From Hemiscyllium ocellatum (lineage: Eukaryota), in assembly GCF_020745735.1 (NCBI RefSeq), contig NC_083402.1, positions 72,616,004 through 72,680,003 of the forward strand: a stretch of 64,000 nt of DNA, written 5' to 3'. The notes below the pieces were generated by a model. The model saw only the letters and a list, made by a program, of their open reading frames with translations. It did not search any database and had not been told where the DNA came from. Positions 12,730 to 26,016 of this stretch are shown here, in pieces; the stretch's first letter is position 1, and each line of letters opens with the position of its first letter. Position numbers and translations under genes: made by a program.

Positions 12730-13440
12730 TGTTATGAAGGTGTAGAAGCGTACTATACCTTTAAAAGAGTTGAAAAACTAACAAGGACTGACAAAGCACA
12801 GAATATCCTGAAAAAAGTAAGAATGTAACACTTGGAAAACAAATAGCTGTATTGCCATGAAACAAAAACAAATTCAGCCAATCATTTTAAATTATGCCCC
12901 AAGATACCAAAATCCAATCAAATTTGAATTTAGTATTTTGATAATATTAAAACCAAATGAAACGATCCCCTGTTTTGGGGTATAAGGGACATTTGTATAG
13001 TTAAATGAAGAACTGTCAAGGACATACACAAATATACGCTGCCAGTTGAAGAGCTATCTGAAAGCGACCTGCGTATAAGAAGTTTGCACAGCAGAACATT
13101 GAAACTGACCTAGAGAAAATCTAAAGAGGAAAATCGACAAAGCTAATTAGTTTTTGAAAAGTGATTTTTTTTTTGTAAATCTTAATTAGGATTCTTTTAT
13201 CGGACCAATACTGCAGAGTGGGAGGTAAAAGATAGGTTTAAGAGAAATGAGTTGTAAATAGCTGTTGGTTTTAATATTCTCTGTTGGACTTAAAGAAATA
13301 AGGTTGTGAATGTTTACGTTAAATAGTGACCTCTGGGATAGTTCTTTGCCTCTCGAATTTTAATAGATTATGGTGTGAGGTGAACTTTTTTCTGTGTGGC
13401 TGGTTTAAATTAGCAGAGGGGTTTACCTTGTGCCATAACA
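12730..13440 (+). repeat. 5' LTR
   Basis: Begins TGTTATG, ends CATAACA; homologous to 16236-16937. Confidence 0.92.
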
Positions 13441-13443
13441 GTG

Positions 13444-13469
13444 TGGGAGCTTTTGTCCATGATTTGAAC
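13444..13469 (+). promoter_or_regulatory. Degenerate primer-binding site, tRNA-Pro-like
   Basis: TGGGAGCTTTTGTCCATGATTTGAAC versus the tRNA-Pro 3' complement TGGGGGCTCGTCCGGGATTTGAAC, 3 nt after the LTR. Confidence 0.7.
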
Positions 13470-16224
13470 AGATTTAGACAGATCCAGTCTGAGATTTGGT
13501 CAGATTTGAATAGATTTGGGGTACGAAAACATCCAGTAGATTTAAACATTTGCAGGTTACTGTCCTAGATCTTTAAATAAAATGTAGGTGAGACAATTTG
13601 TTTAATTCTGGTGACTTGTGATGGGTTAAATTAAAAGTGAGAGTAATGGCTCTTAAAATTGCTAAAGACGCTCTGGGGTTTGAAGTTGATTCTTAAATTT
13701 GCCAAGAAAGTTTAGTAGGAAAGAAAAAGGCCCTACTTTTAGAATTACCAAAGAAGTTAGATTTAGGTTTAACCAAGGACAAAAGTAAAGCTGAAATTGT
13801 AAGGGAGCTACTCAAACAGGGAAGTGTTGTAGAGTTAGAAAAACTTAAATTACAATTGTGGAAAATGGAATCAGAAGATAAAGGGAGAGAGAAAGAGGAA
13901 GAAGAGAGAGAGAGAAGAAAAGAGAGAGAATGTTCTTAGCTGAGCGATAGAGAAAAGAAAGGGGGAGAAAAAGAGAGAGAGGAAAGAGAGAAACAGTTCT
14001 TAGCTGAGCAAAAAGGGAGAGAATTTGGATTTGAGAAGTTGAGATTTAGTCATCAAAGTCAAGTTAATAGGATGGAGATTAAAAGAGAAGGTAGTAACAT
14101 TAATATTTCTTTCAAATAGTCTAATGCCTCCTGCATTGTCCTGTAGTAACATATGTAAATATGTAAAAAGTCTGCCACGTTTTGATGAGAAAGATGTTGA
14201 AGCCTTCTTTATTTCATTTGGCTCGGCAGATGGGGTGGTCCGAGGATTTATGGGAAATGCTAGTTCAGACTAAACTGCTAGGCAGAGCTAGTGAGGTATT
14301 TGCTGTAATATCAGATGAGAGATCAAGAGATTATGAAGAGGTCAAACACAGTATTTTAAGAGCGTATGAATTGGTACCAGAAGCGTATAGACAGCAGTTC
14401 AGAAACATAAGGAAGGAATTAGGTCAGACTTAAGTGGAGTTCAAAAGAATTAAACATAGTCATTTGATAGATGGGTGAGGACTTTCAAGATAGATAGGAC
14501 CTATGAGGCACTAAGAGAGATTATTCTGCTGGAAGAGTTTAAAAACTCATTTCCAGAGATGGCAAGAATTCACATGGAGGAACAGAATGTTCAGTAAGTG
14601 AGAAGAGCAGCAGAATTAAAGGTTGAATACATATTTGTAGAGCTTCTGTCCAGAATTTCATATTGTTTGGGTTAGAAGTTGGGAGAAGGAGAGATCCTAC
14701 ACAATAAAAGAAAGAATATAGAGCACTGGTAAGACTTTAACACAGGATAAAAAGAAGCCTGAGTGGGTGGAAAGGAGGTGAAAGGTCTCAGGTGTTTCCG
14801 TTGTGGTAAAGTGGGACACATAAAGTCACAGTGCTGGTTGTTAAAGAAAGGCACTGTAGGAAAAGTTGTCAAAGAAGCTAAGCCAGTGGCATTAGTGAAA
14901 GTAGTAAAGTATACCCCAAGAAGAGCCAAAAAGCTGCAGGAAATGCATAGCCTAGGCAGAGGCTGGGTATGGAGTTAGTACCTGATCTCACTAAAGAATT
15001 CTCCTCTGTGGGTAAAGCTTACTTAGAAAGAACAGAGGAGAAGGGCAAGCCAGTTACATCATCAAGGTGGACTTACTGTGTGGTTACTGGCAGGTACCTT
15101 TATCAGAGACAATGAAAGAAATTTATGCATTTGTAACTCCAAATGGACGATATCAATTTAAAGTGATGCCCTTGGAATGAAGAACGCACCTGGCACATTC
15201 CAAAGACTCATGAACAGAGTTGTGGCTGAGTTAACAAACTGTGCAGTCTATTTGGGCCATGTAGTGATCTTTAATAAGCCCTGGAAAAATCACATGGTAG
15301 AGTTGGCAGAGCTCTTTGAATGACTACAAGAAGCAAAACTGGTTGTAAATTTAAACAAAACTGAATTCGCAAAAGCTGATGAGGCATTCTTGGGACATAG
15401 CATCAGTCATGGATGGTTGACCCCCATGGAACACAAAGATGAAAGCTATTGAGGAATTTCCATGACCAACCTTCAAGAAAGAGGTGCTTTGATTCTTGGG
15501 ACTCAGCTGAACCTCTTGGAACTTTGTTCCAAACTTCAGCAGTGTAATGACACCATTAACCGATTTGATGAAGAAGAACACAAAGTTTTGGTGGACAGGA
15601 CAATGCCAGGAGGCATTCGACTATTTGAAAGAAGTATTAATCGCTGTACCAGTTTTAGCTACACCAAACATTTCGAAACTTCTCAAAGTTGCCATTGATG
15701 CTAGTGACATTGGAGTTGAAGCTGTACTGTCGCAGGAAGATGATGATGGGATTGAACTGTCAATTGGCTTCTTTTCAAAGAAACTCAACAACCTTCAGAG
15801 GAAATATTCCATGATAAAAAAAAGGAACTATTGAGTTTGATACTGGCCTTACAACATTTTAATGTGTATGTAACAAACAATGTGTTGGAGACAGTTGTGT
15901 ACATGGATCACAATCCTCTTACATTCTTTAAATGCTTAAAATACAAGAATATGAGACTATTTCAGTGGAGTCTTATGTTACAGACTTTTAATGTACGTAT
16001 CGTACATGTTGTGGGTTGTAAGCATGTAATCGCAGGTGCATTATTGCGGATTTAGCTGATAAAGCATAGATAAGATTGGTAACTATTCAATATTATATTA
16101 TATTATGTGGGAAGAGGTTAATATGAAGTTACATTAAAGTTGTATGTATGACATGATAATGTAGTTAAGGAATATAGAAAAATAAATCAAGGCATCTTTT
16201 CACTAGGATGGTGCATTTGGTCTT

Positions 16225-16937
16225 AAGGGGAGAGGTGTTATGAAGGTGTTGAGGTGTCCTTGAAGAGAGTTGAAAAACTAGCAAGGACTGACAAAGCACA
16301 GAGAGTCCTGAACAAAGTAAGAATATTACACTTGGGAAACAAATAACGATAGATGAGTTGCCATGAAACAAAAACAAATTCAAATTCGCCCAATCAGTTT
16401 AAATTATGTCCCAAGTTACCAAAACTCAATCAAATTTGAATTTAGTATTTTGATCATATTAAAACCAATAAAATGATTTGATGTTTTGGGGCATAAACCT
16501 GGATATTTTGAACAGTTAGAAGAAGAACCCAAGGACATGCACAAATATATACTGCTAGTTTAAGAGATCTCTGAAAGATACCTGTCTATAACAAACTTGC
16601 AAGCAGAACATTGAAACTGACCTAGAGAAAATCTAAAGAGGAAAATTAACAGAGTTGACTGGTTTTTGAAAAGTGATTTTTGTTTTAATCTTATTTGGAA
16701 CTTTTTACCTGACCAGTATTGTCGAGTGGGAGATAAAGATAGGTTTAAGAGAAAGGAATTGTAAACACTTGCTGGTTTTAATATTCTTGTTGGACTTAAA
16801 GAATAATTTGTTAATGTTTACTTTAAATAGTGACCTCTGGGATAGTTCTTAGCCTCTCGAATTTTAACAGATTATAACATGAGTTTATCTGTGTGACTGG
16901 TTTAAATTAACAGAGAGGTTTACTCCATGTTGTAACA
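16225..16937 (+). repeat. Polypurine tract (16225-16235) plus 3' LTR (16236-16937)
   Basis: AAGGGGAGAGG directly before TGTTATGAAGG; ends TGTAACA. Confidence 0.92.
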
Positions 16938-17044
16938 CTGGTGCAGACAGTGAGACTCTGAACCCAAGGCCCAAGATCCACATGCTGTTTCTCAGCTTCC
17001 AGCATCCAGGTTATTTTGGCACATTGCAAACAACATCCAGATTC

Positions 17045-18140
17045 TCGGCAGCTACTTCTTTTCAGATTATAGTATTAGGCCATCAGATCCAGGGGGCTTG
17101 TCAGCCTCAAGTCCCAATTGTATTCCCATTAGCTTTTCTCTACTGAAATGCCTCACGATTTTCTGCTAATTATGAGATGTGTTTTGAGTCTTTTACTCCT
17201 CTAAAAATGAATACAAAACACTTATTCAAGCCTCTGACATTTCCCCATTTCCCACTTAAATTTACCTTTACAATTTAATGGACAATATTCACTTCAGCTA
17301 CATTTCGTACTATTATTATTCTTATAGAACCCCTGACTATTTAAATTTAGACTTTGTCACAAGTATGTAAAAATACTGCAAAATGTGTTTTTTAACATGC
17401 AAAATGCAAAGTGTCATCATGCTGTGGCACCAGCTTGGAACACTGAATATAATGAAAGATTTTACTGCAATAGAGTTCATCTTTCCCTCCTCTTCTTGTA
17501 CCCTCCACTACTCCTTTGCTCACTTTGTACTTATTGCTAGTTTACTTTCATACACCAAATTTTCTGTCTTCATAATTTTTAAATTATCCTTTGCTAGATT
17601 TGAACATATTCTTAATATTCAATCTTACCATTAATGTTCACTGCATTGAATAACTTTTCTTTAAATTTAATATCCCCAGCAGCATCCTTACTTAGTCATG
17701 GATGATGCATCCTCATGGTAGAGTCTTGCTTCCTCAGTGGAATATATTTTTGTTGAGAGTTATGAAATTGCTTCTCAAATGTCTGCCACTGCTTGTCTAT
17801 CATCTTCCCTTTTAGCCTATTTGCCCAGTCTGCTTTAACTAATTCTGAATTCATGTCCTTTTAAATGGCTTTATTTAATACAATAGTTTTGGACCCACAG
17901 TTTTCACACTCAGTGTGAAATTCCATGACCCTTTGCTATGAGATCTTTAATCCTAAATAATTACATATTACCAGGTCTAAAATAACCTCTCCCTTGGTGG
18001 CTTCTCGAGTAAGTATTTTCCTAAAAAAACATTGTTTCACATGTACACTATGAATTGATTCTCCTGGCTATCTTTGCCAATTTGATTTGTCTGATTAATG
18101 TGAAGATTAAAGTTGCCCATAATTGTTGCAGCATCTCTCT
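17045..18140 (-). mobile_element. Old CR1 ORF2 remnant
   Basis: GGCCATCAGATCCAGGGG (reverse of the SPGxDG motif) and other degenerate CR1 segments. Confidence 0.5.
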
Positions 18141-18524
18141 TGCAATTACTGAATTTATAGAGTAACTCTTCAATGGTGAGGTTAGGCTTCCAGGCTGCGT
18201 GACACTATCCATGAGAGATTTGAAGTTTCTGAGTTAACTACTACATGTACATGGGTTAGGGGATTCTCTGCATCCCAAATCCCTTAGCAATGAAAGTCTG
18301 AATGTTAGTTGCTATTTCCATCAGAAGACCTGTGTCCCAGTAGTTATTCCACAGTATAAGATGAACAGAAATTCTTCATTATAAAATACTTTTTCTGAGA
18401 GATGCAAACTGTGCAAGATAGGAAATGGAATTGCCAAAATTCAAGTTCAGATTGACCTTGGACTGAATACATACACTTATTGGGTAAGAAAGTTTCTAAC
18501 TTTTTAATTTGTAAAAACCAATTT

Positions 18525-18650
18525 AGCTAGCAACTACAGAAACTAAACAGCAGATTTCACTTTAATGCTAATGACAAACTAATTTAGCTTATATGTGTTT
18601 GCCATTAGCATTAAAGTGAAATCTGCCATTTAGTTCTGCAGTTGCTAGCT
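18525..18650. repeat. Hairpin / short fold-back
   Basis: AGCTAGCAAC..CAGATTTCACTTTAATGCTAATGACAAAC, ~17 nt loop, GTTTGCCATTAGCATTAAAGTGAAATCTG..GTTGCTAGCT; arms ~55 bp. Confidence 0.9.
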
Positions 18651-19049
18651 TTCAGTGGGCTTCTTTTTAAGTGTTAAATTGAAAGAGCAGCCTAACTAAG
18701 AATCTGCTGAAAGTGGATCTTTATTAGCTGACTCAGAGAAATAATTTGTGCTGGGAGCGTAGAAAAATAGCCAACTTAGTGCAGCTTATCAATTATGTGT
18801 AAATTACAAATGTTGTGTCTCTCAGCCGTTCAGGTTTAGTTCCTTTTGGCTAAAAAAAAAAGCAGCTGATTAGGTGACTATTTGTAGTAGATAATGTCAA
18901 AGTAAGATTTTTAATTTTTGTTTACATCTCTTTAATTTCTCTCAAGCATAATATTTTGGATATAGTGGTGATGGTGGTGGTTAAAAGTGTGAAGTGGGGA
19001 GGTTTTGCATGTGTAAAGAGTGAGGATGCAGGAGTGATTAATGATTTAA

Positions 19050-20910
19050 ATAAAAGATGACAGTATGAGAGGTGTGTTTAAGCTGCAATATGTGGGAGTT
19101 GCTCAATACCAAAGCAGTCCAAAGTGAACTGATCTGTGTAAAGAATTTGCAGCTGAAGCAACTTTGGATCCAAATTGAGAAACTGGAGTGTGAGCTGCAA
19201 ATATTGCACCACATCAAGGAGAGAAGTTACCCAGACAGTTCTGTTCAGGAGGCACTCACATCCTTAGATTATGTCATTGTCCTTGATCAAAGATCAAGTT
19301 TCAGGAAGTTGCCACTGCAGATGATTGAGGTCATGGAACACAAGACTCTTGAGGAGCCTCATTCCTTACAATTGTCCAACTGTTCTGAAGTTCTTGCAAT
19401 TTGTTTGGATGAGAAGTAGGACTGCAGGGAAGATCAGCAAACTGACCATGTTGGTGGTGAGGAGGAAAGAAGTAAGGGACAGTATCATTAAAAGCATAGA
19501 TACTGTTCTCTACAGCTGTGAAGATCAGGCCCAAATGCTGTATGGCCTGCCTTGTGCCTCACGGAGAAGTAACTTCACGGTGGGAGGGATGCAATTATTG
19601 CCATATACATTGATACCAACAACATTGATAGGACCAGAAAAGAGGTTCTGGTGAAAAATCAATAGGTTAGGAAGTAAATTAAAAAAACAAGACCTCCAAG
19701 GTAATAAGCTTCAGCTTACCTCTGAGACACAAGGAAACAAATATCAGATGCAAGTCAATAAGTTAGATGTATGGCTCAAAGATTGGTATGAGGGAGTTGA
19801 TTTCATTTCATGGGGGACTGGTATCAGAATTGGGGTAGAAGGCATTTATTGTGGGGGCCAAGCCTCTCTTAAACCATATTGGGACAAGTGTTCTAGTGAA
19901 GCAAATCAGGGCTGTGGAGAGAGGGAGTGTTCAGGACAGGGAAAATATAGGGTTCCAAAACCAAAAGAATATGGCAGGGCAGCAATTTAGATAACAATAA
20001 CATGAATGTGACAGGAAGGGGCAAAGTGTGCAAGTATATAAAAAAAGCAGTAGGTTGCGTCAAAGGGGAAAACAATGGTTAAAAAAGGCAAAATTATTTA
20101 ACTGGAGAGAGACTACAGAAAGATCCAATACAAAAGGATTTGGGAGTCCTTGTTCATGAATCACAACAAGCTAACATCCTTGTTCAGCAGGGAATAAGGA
20201 AGGCAAATGGAATATTGGCCTTTACACCAAAATGATTGGAGTTCAAAAGAAGCAAGTCCTGCTTTAACAAGGCATTAGTCAGACCACTAATTTAGAGATG
20301 CTGGTGTTGGAGTGGGATGGACAGAGATAAAAATCACACAACATCAGGTTATAATCGAACAGGTTTATTTGGAAGCACTAGCTTTCAGAGTGCTGCTCCT
20401 TCATCAGATGGTTTGGTTTCCTTACCTAAGGAGTGATTTACTGATATTGGAGACAATCCAGCAAAGCATAACTTAGTTGATTTTAGATAAGGAAGGGTTT
20501 TCTTAAGAGGAGAGGTTAAATAGGATGGCACTGTACTCTTTGGAGGTGACCCTATTAAAACATTAGAAGTTTTTAAGGGACTTATCAGTGTAGGTGTGAA
20601 GAGGTTGTTATCCCTAGTGGGGAGGCTAGAACCAGCGGACAGAACATCAGAGTAAGTGATCACCAATTTGAGACAGAGATGTGAAGGAATTTCTTCTCTT
20701 AAAGGGGAATCTGTGGAATTCTTTACTCCTGATGAGTGTTGCGTTGGGTAGTAAGGTATTATCAAGCCTGAGATAGACAGATTTTAATCAGTAAGGGAAT
20801 GGGTAGGAAAGTGGAGTTGAAGATTATCAGAGCAGCTATGAACTCAGACTTGATGGGCTGAATGGCCTACTTCTGCTCTCATGTCTTACTTCTGACTCCT
20901 ACTTCTATTA
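19050..20910 (+). mobile_element. CR1 LINE, heavily deleted: ORF1 (zinc finger/leucine zipper + esterase-like) joined to the ORF2 3' end
   Basis: CLSCNMWE..C..LKQLWIQIEKLE, PLQLSN..EVL, RDSIIK; tail TGGGCTGAATGGCCTACTTCTGCTC. Confidence 0.8.
20290..20412 (-). mobile_element. Penelope-type terminal fragment with hammerhead motif (20376-20410)
   Basis: Minus strand reads cat-CTGATGA-aggag-cagca-ctct-GAAA-gcta-gtg; palindromic AGCT stem III; inserted in the CR1. Confidence 0.7.
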
Positions 20911-23267
20911 TGATACAAGTAGTAATGCCTGCTCTTTTAAGCAGGGAAGCAAGCAGAATTATAGAGTTTATCTTTTCAGCTAACTTTTTTTTTCTTGAAA
21001 GACAAATGTTTGATGCTGACTCCATACTCTGATTTAAAAAAGAAATCACACTCAGAGATAATATCCGTCATCTTGATAAATGTAAAAATGTTGCCAAAAA
21101 TTGACTTTTTCTAAATGTTGTTGATGGCAAAGTTATACACAAATTTGAGAAGTGAATTCATAAGTATTTTTGTTCAGTTAAAACAAATCTTGTCACTCTT
21201 TTAATGCAGTAAGTAATTCACCACCATAGCAGAATTTCACCTTATTTCTTTTCTCCCTGCAGCTCCTTAAGACTGGAAGGTAAAATTCACATTTCGAAGA
21301 TACATCAGCTATTTTTGGATTGGTCAGTGCTGCACTGTGACTTCAGCAGATAAGGCTCCTGACCGACAAGTCAAACAAAGGAGTTGACCCTATGGATTCA
21401 CAGCATCATTAACGTCAGTGAGATCTGGACCGGATATTTTTCAGCAGTCTCTATTCAGACAAAAATTCAACCTGAGCAATTGTTCCAGTCCACAGTTCAA
21501 TTTGCTTCCAAATCACAGTGAAAACCTGAAGTAAATTTCTGACTTTTGTTTTCTCCCTGTTTCTCTTCACTCATTAAGTATTTACGTGAAGCAATGCTTA
21601 AGAAGATCAGCCTTCATACAATCAGTTGCAAAAGCTCTAATCTTGCAATTTGTCATAAAACTAATCCAGCGTTCTCAATCACTCCATAAAAAAAGAAGTA
21701 AAATAAAATCATTAACACGCTTGAGAAACTAAATGAAATCCTACAAGGGGAAGTTGATAAATTTCTTGTGCCACGTGAAACCAAGGATATGTTTACATGG
21801 CAGTGAAATTAATTCTACATGTTGAGAACCATTGAGAAGTGACAGAAGCTTTTTACTGTTCACAGCAACAAGTAACATCTCCTGTCTTGTGCTCATTCTT
21901 TAAGCCATAGCAAATGAAAGCATCAAATGCTCATGGTGATTGTGGCATTCCCTCCTTTGTCATCATTTCAGGTGATAATTCCAGGACATAAAGCTATTGC
22001 CGATGTTCAAAGTCTGCATTTCAGTGCTCTTCTAATATTTGCACTGTCACTTTCATTCAGGGTAATGATGTGTGGAGTTACTTGCACAGATGGCCTCTTG
22101 AGATCTGCAACAAAAATGCAGAATCTTGCTGGGCTTTACCAACTAAAGAATATGATTTGCACTTCTCTTCAATTCCCATGGGTGGAATCTATATAAAAAA
22201 AATTAAATTGTCCTTCATCTCCTTTCCAATCTTATAAAATGAAATGAAGCCTCAAAGCTGCACAGTGGACAATAGAACAAATGTTATCTCCCTCCCCCAC
22301 ATTATATAGCAGATTTTATATAGTACGTGAAACATTGGACAATAAAGGAGAACAATTCATGCAGGACTTGACAGACATTGACTATACTGTGGATTTAAAA
22401 ACAATGCATCAATTTGTCACAATATTATGAAATGCATTTGTTATTTTAAATGGGATCTGCAGGCTTTATAAGTGTAATGGAACTTGGATTCAGAAAGAAT
22501 GCACAGCTATTGACACGTAAAGCACTTTAGTTACATTTTTAAGTTTTGTATTTTTATAAGTCACCATTATTAGCCCTGGTTTGACTGTCATTTGAAGACT
22601 TCAACATTACTCATCAGGCTTATGTTTGTATATTCTTATTTGCAAGCAGATAAAAGTTTTGTTTTACTTTTAAATAACTAAAACCTAAGAAAGTAATGTA
22701 TAGATTTTAAATAGAAGGCTTCAAGATATATTTCTTCTACTAATGAAAAATGCACACAATGTATTTTGTAATTTTAGAGTTTTAAAATTGAAAGAGGTTA
22801 TTTTATTATTAAAGGCCTGGTATACGATATTAGTTAGAAAGCAAGTAACAGAAAGAAAACTTTTCATGTTCTTTCCTAAATCAGAATAGCTTGTCATAAA
22901 AAAAGCAACAGGGGAAAAAAAAAACAATCCTTCATGTAAATGTTCAGATTTACAATTCTCTCTAGGTTTCAGCATACACATTTTCCTATGTTAATCAAGG
23001 AATAATCCAACATTAAATAGTTTTCAATAAACTGGTCTAAAGTGAATGTTTGCGAATTTACTCCTTTCAGACGTATGAAATATTTTACACATTAAATGAG
23101 ATTTTTTATGCACTTTGATTCAAGACTTGAAATACTTCAGTGTTTGCTATTACAGAATCACTACACCGTTAAATCAAATTGCATGACAGGATTTTAAAAA
23201 AAGGTTTAACCTGATGGCACTTATTTTATAAACATAACAGTGGGAATCTTACATCTTTCACCTTTTG

Positions 23268-23880
23268 GAGTTATAGAGTCACAGAGGGCGAAAGCACAGA
23301 AAAAGGATTTTCATTCCCTCAAGCCTGTGCCAGTTAAAAATAACCACCTAACTATTCTAATCCCATTTTGATCATTTGGTCCATAGCTTTGTATGCCTTG
23401 GTATCACAAATATAAATCTAAATACTTCTTGAATGTTATGAGGGTTTCTGTCTCTGCCACCCTTATGAGCTGGGAGTTCTGGATTCCCACCATCCTCTGG
23501 CTGAAAGTTTTTTTTTCCTCAGAGTCCCTCTAAACCATCTGACTCTTAACTTAAATCTATGCCCCAGGTCACTGAACCTTCATCCCAGGGGAATAATTCC
23601 TTCCTATCAATCCTGTCTATGGACCGCATACATTTTTATACATGGCAACCATGTCTCCATTCTGTCTACTCTGCTCCAATTGAAACGACACAGGTATATT
23701 TAATCTTTCTTCGCAGCTAAGGCTTTTCTGTCCAGGAAACATCCTGGTAAATCTCATCTACACCAATGCAGTCACATCCCTCCTATAATGTGGATTCCAG
23801 AACTGCATATATTACCCTTGTTATGGCCTAATCAACATTTTCTCCAATTTCAGCACCACCTCCCTGCGCTTAAAGCCTAT
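23268..23880 (-). mobile_element. CR1 3' fragment
   Basis: Reverse CR1 3' UTR and TGGATTCCAGAACTGCA (reverse of the CxQFW motif). Confidence 0.75.
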
Positions 23881-25039
23881 GACCATTATTTTACTTTTAC
23901 CCATTATTGCACCAGGCCATTTTCTCAGGTATGTTTGTCAGCTGCCTAAAAATCGATATTAGGATCCAGGCATCTGAGAACAAAGGGCCTAATATCTGTT
24001 TTAGATCCTTAGATAGAGTGGAGAGGAAAAAAAGAATCAAACCTGTGCCATTCTGAATTCTTAAGGTCATCACAACAAATGAATTAACCACCTCCAAAAA
24101 GGAAGTACTTTGCACAATTCCACAGTAGGTGTAAGTGTTGGCAATTCCTCCACTTCTTCCTGCCCCACCAAACTCCTATTGCTACTCTCTCCACCATCTG
24201 GAAATAACTCAAAGACGCTATTGGTGAGGTAAGCAACTCAAAATTCAACTATGTTAAAGTGATGACCTGTTTGTGAAGGTTTGATAAGTGTTGACAATTC
24301 AGTCAAGTAACGCATTGAATCCAAGACTGATTTTAAATCATCCACATGCCTCCCAGAATGTTGCCATTGGTAAATTGCCCCAAAATGGACCATAGCCAAT
24401 TTCTAGGGGAAAATCTGATAGAGGTCGTGCACCCATGGGTAAGATTTCAACTGTTCATAATTTATATAAGAAAATTGTAAACCTGTTTATCAAGATTATA
24501 TTGAATATTTTAACATTAAAAAATGTATGAATAGATTTTACCCCAGGTAGAGCATTATTATTTTGTAAATATTTTAATTTGACTGAATCACTAAGAATTG
24601 AAAGTGCCCATTCATTTGGATAAAATTTGGATCAAACAAAACTTTCCATGGCATTATCACAATGGCAAAATCGGCTTCTATAGTTGGTATTAAATCATCA
24701 GAGCAGTTGGTTTTTGTATTTTTCTAATCTATAAGAGTCAAACTTTTCTCAGTGTAATGGCTCTGGTAATCTGCTGATCGAGGCACTAAGCCTCAGTGAG
24801 ATGGATATATTAAGAACTGTAAAAGGTATTTTTTTCACTGGTTGAATCAGAAATAGTTCTTCTGAATATCCACATTTTAAGGATGTCAAAACCATTGTTT
24901 TGTAAAAGCTAAGTATTCAATCCTAACATTGAGTTAGAAACATGAACATTAGATGCTACAAGTAAATATTCAACACAGATAAAAATATATAACTTCTACA
25001 TTCACTTCTAGCGTCAATCTATCCATGCTACAAACCATT

Positions 25040-25876
25040 GTTAGGTTAGGTGAGTGGACAGGGGCATGGCAGATGCAGTTTAATGTGGATAAATGTATGG
25101 TTATCCACTTTGGTGGCAAGAACAAGAAGGCAGATTACTACCTAAATGGAGTCAAGTTAGGTAAAGGGGCAGTACAAAGAGATCTGGGTGTTCTTGTACA
25201 CCAGTCAATGAAAGCAAGCATGCAGGTACAGCAGGTAGTGAAGAAAGCTATTGGCATGATGGCCTTCATAACAAGAGGGATTGAGTATAGAAGCAAAGAG
25301 ATTCTTCTGCAGCTGTACAGGGCCCTGGTGAGACCACAACTGGAATATTGTGTGTAGTTCTGGTCTCCAAATTTGAGGGAAGACATTTTGGCTATGGAGG
25401 GAGTGCAGCGTAGGTTCAAGAGGTCAATTCCTGGAATAGTGAGAGTATCATATGTTGAAAGATTGGAGCGACTGGGCTTGTATACCCTTGAGTTTAGAAA
25501 ACTGAGAGGGGGTCTGATTGAGACGTATAAGATTATTAAAGGATTGGACACTCTGGAGGCAGGAAACATGTTTCCGCTGATGGGTGAGTCCCAAACCAGA
25601 GGACACAGCTTAAAAATGTGGGGTTGACCATTTAGGACAGAGATGAGGAGAAACCTCTTCACCCAAAGAGTGGTGGCTGTGTGGAATGCTCTGCCCCACA
25701 GGGCAGTGGAGGCCCAGTCTCTGGATTCGTTTAAGAAAAAGTTGGATAGAGCTCTCAAGGATAGTGGAATCAAGGGTTATGGAGATAAGGCAGGTACAGG
25801 ATACTGATTGAGGATGATCAGCCATGATCATAATGAATGGTGGTGCAAGCTCAAAGGGCAGAATGGCCTACTCCTA
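25040..25876 (+). mobile_element. Young CR1 3' fragment
   Basis: WQMQFNVDKCMVIHFG, RDLGVLV, LYRALVRPQLEYC, RGGLIETYKI; tail GGGCAGAATGGCCTACTCCT. Confidence 0.95.
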
Positions 25877-26016
25877 TTAACTCTTAATGTCAATGACTTA
25901 TAGAATGCAGTTTTTGTAATTATGAACAAAAGGCTAACACTGAGTAATGATGCATGTAGATTTACGCACTAAGGTGGTGTCAGAGCACAGGGGAATTGCA
26001 AATGTTAAATCTCTAT

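Larger units (their letters stand above)
12730..16937 (+). mobile_element. Gypsy (Gmr1-like) LTR retrotransposon, internally deleted
   Basis: Two homologous LTRs (TGTTATG..ATAACA and TGTTATG..GTAACA), PBS, PPT, gag with CCHC knuckle CFRCGKVGHIKSQC, RT (KVDLLCGYWQVPL), RNase H (DASDIG, DHNPL). Confidence 0.93.

Noticed and set aside
13880-14030. GA-rich tract with repeated TTCTTAGCTGAGC, superficially array-like
   Set aside because: Low-complexity E/R/K coiled-coil region of the Gypsy gag; only two copies, not a CRISPR-like array
18562-18580. TTAATGCTAAT matches the first 11 nt of miR-155
   Set aside because: The rest (GACAAACT) does not match the miR-155 mature sequence, and the near-perfect long stem is unlike a conserved pre-miRNA
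25138-25773. 211-aa minus-strand ORF
   Set aside because: Antisense shadow of CR1 ORF2
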